Assembly (NCBI GenBank): GCA_963721455.1
Contig: CAVRJG010000041.1
Span: 1-64,000, forward strand
Source of the DNA: an uncultured Methanosarcinaceae archaeon
GTDB lineage: Archaea; Halobacteriota; Methanosarcinia; Methanosarcinales; Methanosarcinaceae
Reading direction: 5' to 3'
DNA length: 64,000 nucleotides
The number at the start of each line of letters is the position of its first letter. Positions within the stretch are counted from its first letter, which is position 1. Shown here piece after piece: positions 11,363 through 20,706 of the stretch. The notes under the pieces are model-generated. The model searched no databases and was not told the DNA's origin. It saw nothing but the letters and a program-made list of their open reading frames with translations. The translations under genes and the position numbers were made by a program.

Positions 11363-12013
11363 TTAAAGTAAGGCTGCCTTTACCTTGCTGACGGCATCGT
11401 TTGCGCTTTCGCCGTAGATGTCTGCGCCGATCTTGTCTGCCCAGTCCTGGGTGACGGGAGCGCCTCCGACCATAGTCTTTACCTGGCCGCGAATCCCTGC
11501 TTCTTTCAGCTGTTCCTCGATCTGGATCTGGTTGACCATGGTGGTGGTCATGAGAGCGGAGGATGCGATAACCTGGGGTTTGAGTTCCTTTGCCTTTTCG
11601 ACAAAGGTTTTGATTGGAACGTCTCTTCCAAGGTCCACAACTTTGAAACCGGCAATGTTGAGCATGGAAGCTACGATGTCCTTTCCAATGGAGTGGATAT
11701 CGCCTTCGATGGTCCCGATAACGACGGTTCCGAGGTTTTTGGTCTGAGAATTGCGCCTCTCCATTTCCGGCTTAATTACTTCTATACCTGCATTCATTGC
11801 CTCGGCGGCTGCAAGCACATGGGGAAGGAAAAGAACACCCTGTCCAAACTTTTCTCCTACTTCTTCCATGCCTGCGGTAAAGCCCTTCTCAATGAGTTCT
11901 ACCGGATCGATACCTGCTGCGAGGGCTTCTGCTGCAACTTCTGCCGCAAGTTCGTCATCGAATTCGGTGATTGCTTCTTTTGCTTTTGCAATGATTGCTT
12001 CTTTGTTTGCCAT
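11363..12013 (-). CDS. mttC: Trimethylamine corrinoid protein
   Basis: GDIHSIGK B12-binding motif, SSALMTTT, MVGGAP; follows mttB. Confidence 0.93.
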   Translation of the reverse strand: MANKEAIIAKAKEAITEFDDELAAEVAAEALAAGIDPVELIEKGFTAGMEEVGEKFGQGVLFLPHVLAAAEAMNAGIEVIKPEMERRNSQTKNLGTVVIGTIEGDIHSIGKDIVASMLNIAGFKVVDLGRDVPIKTFVEKAKELKPQVIASSALMTTTMVNQIQIEEQLKEAGIRGQVKTMVGGAPVTQDWADKIGADIYGESANDAVSKVKAALL

Positions 12014-12041
12014 TTTTAGATCTCCTGAATATCCTGTGAAA

Positions 12042-13529
12042 TTACATGCCTCTGAAGGCTTTGTCAGCTCTGTCCACGACTGCCTTCATATCTTTGAGGA
12101 GGTCTGCGTCGATCGGGATTACCTGGTGGTTCTTGAGAACGTCTACGACTTTGTCGTGTGCAGCTGCTGCAAGATCCTTTGAGCCTGCTGCTGCCCAGTC
12201 TCCGAACATGCGCCTGTCAATGAGCATGGGGTCAGAGGGATAGTTCACGAGCTGCCTGGTCTGCTTCAGGGCGAGGAAGTTATTTCCGATCCCTACTTTC
12301 TGGATGGATTCAACTGAAAGAGTCTCTTCATTGACAGGTACTCCCTGCAGAGCTTTTTTGGTCATCTTGATTATGTCATTGTCGATTACCAGCTGTTCCA
12401 TGGAGAAAGTCATGCCAAGCTCAAGCATCCCGGCACCGTAGAGGGTGTTTGCTCCGGCGAGGGCAGGAAGGAGGCAGGTCATGGTTTTCTCGTGTCCAGC
12501 CTGGTTGTCAGGGATCTTTGCATCAGACTAGGTGCCTGCCACGAAAGCGGGGAGGCCATAGAACTGGGCGAGCTTTGCGACAGATGCGCTGATCAAGCCG
12601 AGTTCGGGAGATCCGACAGGAGCAGTACCCTTCTTCAGGTCGAAGGTGGTGGTGGAACTTCCGTACCAGACTTTGGTTCCGGGCACTGTGAGCTGGGCGA
12701 GGGTGATACCGGAGAGGACTTCGGCGTTGTGGGTAACAAGGGTTCCTGCAAGGTAGACAGGAGAGGATCCGCCGGACATTGCCATACTCAGGACGTTTAC
12801 AGGGACGCCAAGGCGGGCACCCTTAATGATTACCTGGCAGGCGTTGACACTGAGCTCAAGAGGGCTGGTCGGGCAGAGGAGCATGGAGAAAATCGGCTTC
12901 CTCCTGGCTTCTTCTCCGTCGCCGCCGTAGAAGGCCTTTGCGATATCCCAGTAGTACTCGACGTTTTCGCCTACAGGGTCAATGTGGTGGAAGTGCTTTG
13001 CAGTGCTGATAAGAGGGGTGAAGGTTTCGTGGACGTCCTGGGCACCCTGGCCTGCAATATCCCTTGCAGAGACCGGGAGAGAGAAGTAGTCGATGTTTTC
13101 AGCCCAGTCACAGAGTTTTGCGATGTCTGCAATGTCCTGTTCGACGGAGTCAACGGTTACGTACTTGCCGTCCTGGTACTTGCAGACCTTCACACCGGTA
13201 CCGAAACAGGTCCAGTGAACCTTACCGCCGCATTCCTGCACAGTGTTGTATTTCTTGTCGCGGCCCCAGAGGACAAACCTGGAGGGGGCGAGCTGAAGGG
13301 CTCTTCTTACGAGATATTCAGGGATCTTTACGATCTGAGTCTTTTCGTCAACTTCACAGCCATTTTCCTTGAAGATCTTTCTTGCCTCGGGGTCAGAAAC
13401 CTGAACACCGGGGTCCATAAGAACTTCCATGGTTGCGTAGTGAATAGCTTTGAGTTCGTCAGTGGTAAAAAGATTTAATTCTACGCCATTAAGTGCGTTA
13501 AATCCTGCAACTGCATTATTTTTTGCCAT
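12042..13529 (-). CDS. mttB: Trimethylamine:corrinoid methyltransferase, 495 aa, pyrrolysine at codon 334 (TAG 12530-12528)
   Basis: [11 protein letters not shown] start with GGAGG SD; in-frame AFVAGT-(O)[17 protein letters not shown] continues into ORF 12042-12482. Confidence 0.97.
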
Positions 13530-13551
13530 TTTTGTACCTCCATAAGATAAG

Positions 13552-14193
13552 TTATAACAGCAGTTCTTTTGCCTTTGCAACAGCTTCGCTTGCGTTTTCA
13601 GCATAGCAGTCTGCACCTATCTTGTCAGCCCAGGCCTGGGTTGCGGGTGCACCGCCTACCATGACCTTTATCCTGTCCCTGAGACCTTCTTCTTTTAGGA
13701 GTTCAATTACGTCTCTCTGGCCCTGAAGGGTTGTGGTCATTAAGGCGGAAATTCCGATCATATCAGCATTTACTTCCTTTGCCTTTTCGACAAAGTTCTT
13801 GATAGGAACATCACGGCCGATATCGTATACTTCAAAGCCGGACGACTGGAGCATGGTGGATACGATGGATTTGCCAATATCATGGACATCGCCTTCTACC
13901 GTACCGTTCACAATAACGCCAACTTTCGAGCTTGAAACCCCTTCAGGCATAAGGTCCTTAAGGGCTGCAACTCCTGCAGTCATTGCGTCGGCAGCTATCA
14001 TTACATGGGGAAGGAAAAGTTTGCCTCTCTCAAAGAGAACCCCCACTTCGTTCATACCTGCTGCGAGCCCCTTTTCAATTATTTCGGAAGGTTCCAGTTC
14101 TCCTTTAGCTTTTTCAACAGCAGCGAGTACCGCGTCCTTCTTGCAGGAGATTACAGCACCTGCTAGTTCCTGAAGCAACTCTTCTTTGCTAAT
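13552..14193 (-). CDS. mtbC: Dimethylamine corrinoid protein (start uncertain: ATT 14193 or TTG 14178)
   Basis: GDVHDIGK B12 motif, SALMTTT, MVGGAP; first gene of the operon. Confidence 0.9.
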   Translation of the reverse strand: MSKEELLQELAGAVISCKKDAVLAAVEKAKGELEPSEIIEKGLAAGMNEVGVLFERGKLFLPHVMIAADAMTAGVAALKDLMPEGVSSSKVGVIVNGTVEGDVHDIGKSIVSTMLQSSGFEVYDIGRDVPIKNFVEKAKEVNADMIGISALMTTTLQGQRDVIELLKEEGLRDRIKVMVGGAPATQAWADKIGADCYAENASEAVAKAKELLL

Positions 14194-14499
14194 AATTGCA
14201 TCCTCCGTTTTAGTTTTTAAACTGTAGAGACGTCTTAACCCTGATTATCACGATTATCCATGAATATCCGGGCTGCAAACTCATGACTTTCGTTTGAAGC
14301 CATGAGATGCACAAGAAGAAACTCACGATCACCATGGGTGGGAAACCATGATCACCACAAGTGAGACAATGAAATCATGAATTTTTCATGATTATCCTGA
14401 ATGGGGTTCATGAGTGTTTTAGCAGAGGGAGTATTTTTAGTGCCATTTAAATCCCGTCTGTTAACTCATCTTTTCAGATGTCTCCAATGAAAGGTTCAT

Positions 14500-14522
14500 T
14501 TTTCTCATATAAATATTTTTGT
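14500..14522 (-). promoter_or_regulatory. Probable BRE/TATA promoter of the mtbC-mttB operon
   Basis: Minus strand reads AAAAATATTTATATGAG about 310 bp upstream of mtbC; start site not mapped. Confidence 0.45.
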
Positions 14523-15009
14523 AAAAAATTTGCAACAAAATTAGGGGTTCTATAAATAGTTTTCTATATGCTGCTTTTTAGAAGTATATTTGGGAAGAAA
14601 ACAAAATGAGATAACCCAAAAATATAAATAGTAGATATTTAAAAGTGATTTTTATAAAGTCACTTGAATAACATTAAAAGAAAGACCTTTATAAGAACTA
14701 TGGAAAATGAATCTAACATAAATAATGGAACATCTGTTTATATTTAGTTTCTTTGGGATTAATTAAGGGGAAAGCTACTGGTTTTAACCTGATTCTGACT
14801 TATTCTGGCTTATTCTGGCTCCTACATTTCAAGAAAAGAATCTGAAGATCCTTTTTAGAGAGCTCATATTCTCTATTTGCAAAGCTTCCGTACTGCCAGA
14901 CTAAACAAATCCGACAAAAAGGAAAAATTTATATAGCAATATTTCTATCGGGTCTAATTTCCCCCAGGATGTCGAAAAAAGAAAAGATATGAGGGTTATT
15001 AGGTACGCA

Positions 15010-16158
15010 TTATGAGCTATCGGATTCTCTGTAACCTGAAATGCAGAGCCTGTAAGCCCTGTTGACGAGTTCCAGCATCTTCGTATCTTCCCGCTCTATT
15101 TTTATCCCGCAGGCGAGGGAAAGGTATTCGGCAAGGTCAAAGACTTTAATTCTCTCGTCCTTCCCGGCTTCAATAAGATTCTGCATGCAGCCCCCGCAGT
15201 TCGTGATGATTATATCACAGCCCAGTTTTTCTGCAGTTCCGTAGCGGTCAGAAGCCACCTCCAGAGATTCCGAAGGATAATTGACCCTTACCCCACCACC
15301 GAAGCCGCAACAGGCTGAATTCTCAGGGGTTTTATTGGCAAGTTCAGTGCCTGGAATGTTTTCAAGTAAATTTCTTGCTTCGCGATACACTCCCATTCCT
15401 CTGGTCAGGTGGCACGGATCGTGGTAAAAGACTCTGTGATTGAGGGCAACCTCGGGAGTAAGTTTTCCTTCTCTTATTAGAAGCTCAAGGTACTGGGAAA
15501 CATGCAGAACCTGAAAATCAAGCTTTCCAAATATTCTCGGGTAAATATCCTTAAAAGCCTTGAAGCAGCCGGGACAGGCAGTTATAAGAGTTTTTGCTCC
15601 CCTTTTTCGGATTTCATCGATATTTCGCTGTCCGTTCCTACGGATAGGTCCCGGATCTCCTGCACCTGCAGATACTGCTCCGCAGCAGTATTCAATCCCG
15701 CTCAGGACAGTATAATCGACGACTGCTTTTTCCAGAAGGGCAACAGCAGCCTGTGCCATGACTTTATTGATGCAGGTTCCGGCGCAGCCAGGGAAATACA
15801 CAACAGAACCTAAGCCGTCTCCGTATGTGGGAGTTTCATCCATCTCAGCAATCTTCTTGAAGAGATTGTTTTCAGCTTCAGGGTCAACCATTGTCTGCCT
15901 GTCAGTAAGGCCATTTTCATTCACCCATTTCTGTCTGGCAGGAGAAATAAGCAATTTAATTCCCAGCCCGTCGGGGCAGGCATCAGTACAGAGCCCGCAG
16001 GTAAGACAGCGGAGCAGAGGGCCGGAATCAATGCTCTGGGTTCCTTCCAGATACCCATAAAGGAGGTCAATCAAACTGAGGTCGTTGTAGCGAGGGCAGA
16101 CCTCAAGGCACTGTCCGCATTTTGTACACTTTGCCCTGTGCTTTTCTACGATGTCCAT
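15010..16158 (-). CDS. Fe-S oxidoreductase with 2x[4Fe-4S] and two CCG domains (HdrD/GlpC-like)
   Basis: CTKCGQCLEVCP, CLTCGLCTDACP, YFPGC..CCG..CPGC, YHDPCH..CCGFGG. Confidence 0.9.
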   Translation of the reverse strand: MDIVEKHRAKCTKCGQCLEVCPRYNDLSLIDLLYGYLEGTQSIDSGPLLRCLTCGLCTDACPDGLGIKLLISPARQKWVNENGLTDRQTMVDPEAENNLFKKIAEMDETPTYGDGLGSVVYFPGCAGTCINKVMAQAAVALLEKAVVDYTVLSGIEYCCGAVSAGAGDPGPIRRNGQRNIDEIRKRGAKTLITACPGCFKAFKDIYPRIFGKLDFQVLHVSQYLELLIREGKLTPEVALNHRVFYHDPCHLTRGMGVYREARNLLENIPGTELANKTPENSACCGFGGGVRVNYPSESLEVASDRYGTAEKLGCDIIITNCGGCMQNLIEAGKDERIKVFDLAEYLSLACGIKIEREDTKMLELVNRAYRLCISGYRESDSS

Positions 16159-16440
16159 TTTTCAACTCCATATCATTTTAAACTCGTCCGACTTATCTTA
16201 TCCTTAAAGGGATCATTTAAATATCCTTCTTGACAGGGAATTATTTTGACAGGAAGTTTAAAACCTCTTTCTGGACACATTATCCCTGCCGGCCATTCTG
16301 TCAGAAAAGCCGCCCTTAAAGCTTTAAACGGATCTATAAACAGGCGATTAAAAGGCGTGGGGAAGGATCTTTCCAAAAAAGATAAGGCTAATATCCAACC
16401 ATACTATCATATTATATAATCAGTCAGTAAAAGGAAGGGA

Positions 16441-17064
16441 TTGAAAATATTCGACGACCTCAAAAACAGCTCAAGAAAGCTGATAATTCCGCTTGCCCGT
16501 TCAATACCTCTCTCTCCAAATACCCTTACTCTGCTGGGTTTTGCAGTAAGCGTGTTTGCAGGAGCGGAGTTTGCGCTGGGCAAACCTTTTGCGGGCGGGC
16601 TCCTGATTCTTTTCAGCGGGGTCTTTGATATCCTTGACGGAGGAGTCGCAAGAGCAAAAGGCAGGATCACTCCTTTCGGAGGCGTGCTTGATTCGGTTTG
16701 CGACCGCTATTCCGACGGCCTGATGTTCCTCGGAATCATAGCAGGCGCGGTGAACGGAAGGCTGATCCTCACTCCGATTCTGCAAATTGAAGGCTGGCTC
16801 TGGGCAGGTTTTGCCCTGATAGGCTCTTTTCTGGTAAGCTACACCCGCGCCCGCGCCGAGTCCGCAGGTTGCCGGAAGCTGTCTGTTGGAGTTGCCGAGC
16901 GCACGGAAAGAATGGTCATCCTGGCCCTTGGCGCCCTTTCAGGTTTCCTGGGCTGGGCTCTTGTACTGATAGCCGTATTTTCTCACATCACCATTATCCA
17001 GAGAGTCCTGCGGGCAAAAAGCATACTGAGTAATCCTTCAGAACCTGATTTTCAAAAACCATAA
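16441..17064 (+). CDS. CDP-alcohol phosphatidyltransferase (archaetidylinositol phosphate synthase-like)
   Basis: DILDGGVAR..GGVLDSVCDRYSD signature, SYTRARAE. Confidence 0.9.
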   Translation: MKIFDDLKNSSRKLIIPLARSIPLSPNTLTLLGFAVSVFAGAEFALGKPFAGGLLILFSGVFDILDGGVARAKGRITPFGGVLDSVCDRYSDGLMFLGIIAGAVNGRLILTPILQIEGWLWAGFALIGSFLVSYTRARAESAGCRKLSVGVAERTERMVILALGALSGFLGWALVLIAVFSHITIIQRVLRAKSILSNPSEPDFQKP

Positions 17065-17256
17065 TGGGTTAGATTCTACTAAAAACCAGATAACGAATTT
17101 CAGATAAAAATCTCAGAGTAAAATTAAAAAAAATAATAAAACGAAAACCCGGACTTTCTTCTACCGATACGCATTTATACTACATATTTGATTACAATAG
17201 TTGAGGATGGCAAACAAAAAAGAGAATTGCCATTGAAAAAGCACAACTTACTCTGC

Positions 17257-17334
17257 GGGGCCGTAGGGTAGCCTGGTCCATCCTGCAAGGCTGGGGGTCT
17301 TGCGACCTGAGTCCAAATCTCAGCGGCCCCACCA
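17257..17334 (+). tRNA. tRNA-Pro(GGG), CCA encoded
   Basis: GGGGCCG/CGGCCCC acceptor stem, CAAGG-CT-GGG-GG-TCTTG anticodon arm, CTGAG/CTCAG T-stem, upstream TTTATAC box. Confidence 0.93.
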
Positions 17335-17559
17335 AAATCCATATTCAGATACTACTTTTCTGCACGCTTTTACCTATTGTTACATATCATTACCAGTTTT
17401 ACAATTTCCTGTTTTGTTAGGCAAAATTTCCAGTATTCAGGTCCTTTTACTTTTTTGAGCACATTTTGAAGGCTGTAGTCAAGCTTTTTTATCGTTATTC
17501 GGCAATTTTTGAAGGCCTTGTCCACGTTTTTGAATTTGCTTTTCCTACTCCGCGCTCTC

Positions 17560-17791
17560 AACGACTGCGAAGCAGGCAGCCTTTCCAAAACAGAAAAGAA
17601 GACCTGAAAACTCAGGTCAAGGCCCTTTATGAACGCTGTACACTGAGGACGAACAGATCGAAAAGCTAAACGAGAATATGTGTAAGCAGGCGGTCCACAT
17701 TCAAATGCGGATTCCGGAGAATAACAGGCTAAACATTAAGCTGCTTCCGGAGAATTTGGAAAACAAAAAGCCACGGTGGAAGTTCTGGTAG
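17560..17791 (+). pseudogene. Remnant of a coiled-coil protein with KKPxWKFW C-terminus
   Basis: Frameshifted: ..KEDLKTQVKALYE / EDEQIEKLNENMCKQAVHIQ..LLPENLENKKPRWKFW*; no start codon. Confidence 0.45.
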
Positions 17792-18734
17792 GGCCCTACA
17801 ATCTTGCAAGGTCAATTGTCTGGACTCTTGCTTTGGTTAATTTATAGTTTGATATTAAGTGAGGTTCTTTGTTATTACTATGCTAAATGGAAGTTATATG
17901 TTGTATTTTAAATCGTGCATCGGTTTTTATTCACACACTGCATTTTCTACATCAAACTTTATACATGTATGCACAAGATTAATTATATTTTTAATTGTTT
18001 ATCGATAATAAGTTATATATTCATATAAGACCTATGTACACTTGAAACTAAAATTTCATAGAGTAAATTTGGGGGGAGTAGGTGGAAGAAACAGTATCAA
18101 AAAAAGTTACGTTCAGCAGAATCGCTCGTTGGGTTTTAGGATACTTTTTTAACTAGCTGGTCTAGGTAACGTCACAGCTGGAAATTATCTTGCAGGGATA
18201 TTTCTAATTATGGCTGTCCAGTAATTTGTCATAATCCTTATTTGTTGCAGCCTTTGAAATGAGGGCCAGGCCAGAAGTGATTAATGCACGATCAGTTGTA
18301 CTCAACTGTAGCCACTTCGTATCCTTATATTGTGGTTGGTAAGTGTTTCCTGATTAGCAATAGATGCTGTTTCTGGCGGTACTATTGTTTCTTGTGCTTC
18401 AACTGCAGCGGTGCTACTGGTTGGTGTATAAGGCGTTGCTGTAGCAGAAACCCCTGGTATCATGCCAGAGGCAAACTATCTGTTGACTCGATCGTCGCAC
18501 TTGATGAAAGCGAGAAATTCCAGGGATCTCCGCAATCCAAAACGCAAAACAAGAATATGAGTTGGGACTATCCGACTTCAACAAAGCGGGAGGGTATATG
18601 GTTTCAGGAGTAAAGAAAACGATGAACGGAGATTCAACTGGGGATATGTATTTTTTTACACAGCAGCAGACTATTTGACATCGGGAAGTTTCCACATGGA
18701 AAAGTCAGCTAGCCTGCTAAATGAATTCAGTAAT

Positions 18735-18780
18735 AGCAATACGTGAACGCGTAAAACAGCAATACGTGAATGCGTAAAAC
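18735..18780. repeat. 23-bp tandem duplication AGCAATACGTGAA(C/T)GCGTAAAAC x2
   Basis: Read directly; one mismatch. Confidence 0.85.
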
Positions 18781-18895
18781 ACCACGTGATATAAATACAG
18801 GGTCGGAAGCGGGGGCTAGCCAACCATAGCGGACTATGCCGGCACCTCTTCAGTTCTATAAGCTTATTTTTAAGCATTTTAATTTTGGGTCGTGG

Positions 18896-18990
18896 GGGAG
18901 TTATTGAAAACCATAAGCACTAGAATCTCTTTTCATTTTCCGCAAATATGGGGGATATGCTCGTTTTTTCAGGATTGGTCAATAACTCAC
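18896..18990. mobile_element. MITE-like element (~95 bp), TIR GAGTTATTGA/TCAATAACTC
   Basis: Inverted repeats at 18898-18907 and 18979-18988; about 75 bp recur as reverse complement at 60876-60951. Confidence 0.7.
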
Positions 18991-20157
18991 GGACAAGACC
19001 TAATGTTCTTGTCTTCAAAAAGGTGAGGATATTTCTCTTTAAGTGAGTTGAAAAGCTCTTTGTCTAATTTTGTATCTTAAAATGTTTCCACTTTCGACAG
19101 CTGTTCAATTGTTAATTGGTGAGCCCTATTTTTGCCTAAGATTCAGTTTTACAAGTGGACCCCGGGCAATTCAGGGAAACCGGAAAACGACGAACTAACC
19201 GCATCACAGACAGCAGACGCTTTTCAAAGACAATCCCAGGATTCACTTTCTGGAGAAATAAGAATCACACTCCGGAGGACACGCACCTAACAACATTTTC
19301 ATCATAGAACATGTCGGCTTACTCACAGAACATTGAGCTTCCCGACTACCCGTCCCGTAAATAGGCTCATGATAATGCCTTATATAAATACAATCGCCTT
19401 TTTCAGACATAATAACACTCCGATTTTAATTAACATTATTTCCATTTTTATTTATACACTACACAATATAATAAATGGTTTCATAAATACTTATTCCCAC
19501 ACAAACACAGAAAAGAAAACAAAAACCAAAAAACAACCAAAAACAAAATAACCCGGCTCTTATACGGATAGGTCAGCTAACCTAAAGGCATGGTAGAAAA
19601 ACGGCATACTCGCAGCGAGTGCGAGCACTCACTTATTGTGATCTATATCTGGTTTTCTGTGCTCATAGTGAAAATAGAAAGACATTGAAAAGTTCTATTT
19701 GAACAATTGGCTAGTTATCATATTAAATCATATTAACGCATTCTTCCATTTGACCGATAGTACACATTTTATTTTACTCTTTTAAAAGTAGTTCGTTTTC
19801 TCGATTATTCTGTAACATCTGGGAATACATATGGGATTATCGATTTCATTCCCATAAAACACAAAATAAGATTAAGAAACACATAGCTATGTTAAAAGAT
19901 TCCTGTTTACTCGATCTCGTTTTTACTCCTTCTTCTCCAGGCAATCCGGCAGGCTATTTCCCAAAGAAATTTAAGGAAGCCTGTCTTATCACATGGGAGA
20001 TTATATAATTAAAGTTCATTGGTCATCGGTTAACGACTTTTATGCACAACTTCGAATACCAGGTACAGCGATTTTCCAACATAATTCTTAGATCTATTAC
20101 ATAAAAAATAATACTTTTTGGCGTTTCGCACCTTAACCGAATCCACATGAATTAGAG

Positions 20158-20358
20158 TTATTTATCTTCCTTCTCCTTTTCTCGCTTATAATTCTCCTTG
20201 ATTTTCTCGATCATTTCCTCATTAGCTTCAATAACGAAGGCTCCGACATACCCGCATTCCTTGCAGTGGTAAACCGCACCTGCATACCCGCCAACTTCAT
20301 AGTATATATCTGCGTTCCCGCAGACAGGACAGACTTCAATTAGTTTTTCCCGACTCAG
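20158..20358 (-). CDS. 66-aa zinc-ribbon protein with CTG start (missed by ORF track)
   Basis: (M)SREKLIEVCPVCGNADIYYEVGGYAGAVYHCKECGYVGAFVIEANEEMIEKIKENYKREKEKEDK*; AAAGGAGG SD 8 nt upstream of CTG. Confidence 0.8.
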   Translation of the reverse strand: MSREKLIEVCPVCGNADIYYEVGGYAGAVYHCKECGYVGAFVIEANEEMIEKIKENYKREKEKEDK

Positions 20359-20706
20359 AGTAATTTCCTCCTTTGAGATACCTTACAGTATCGAATTGTT
20401 AATTATATATAAGAAGGATGATTTTAATAAAGATATAGTATTTATTAACCAGTATCCAGGGAATTTAAAATGCGAATAAAAGAAACACGGACACAATTCT
20501 TCCGTGCTTCCCATGTCTTCCGTGGTGTATATTTCGTGGTTATAGAACATAGAGTGAATTTTGCCATGCCCGCCGATATTTTCCGTGTGCGTGAATCCGA
20601 AGCTAATTAAACGTAGGTATTTACGTTCGAAACCGGTTTGAAATATAACTGCACACCAATTCTCAATTTCACACCAGAACAATTCAAGGCTTACAGTGAG
20701 TAAAAA

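Noticed and set aside
8417-12530. mtbB and mttB as nonsense pseudogenes
   Set aside because: The TAGs sit at the known pyrrolysine positions with intact downstream frames.
12492-13478. 328-aa plus-strand ORF and other long antisense ORFs over core genes
   Set aside because: Shadow frames of well-supported genes such as mttB, mutS, mutL and the kinase, with no recognisable motifs.
18290-19330. Possible surface-protein and transposase fragments
   Set aside because: Frames are too broken to assign from sequence alone.
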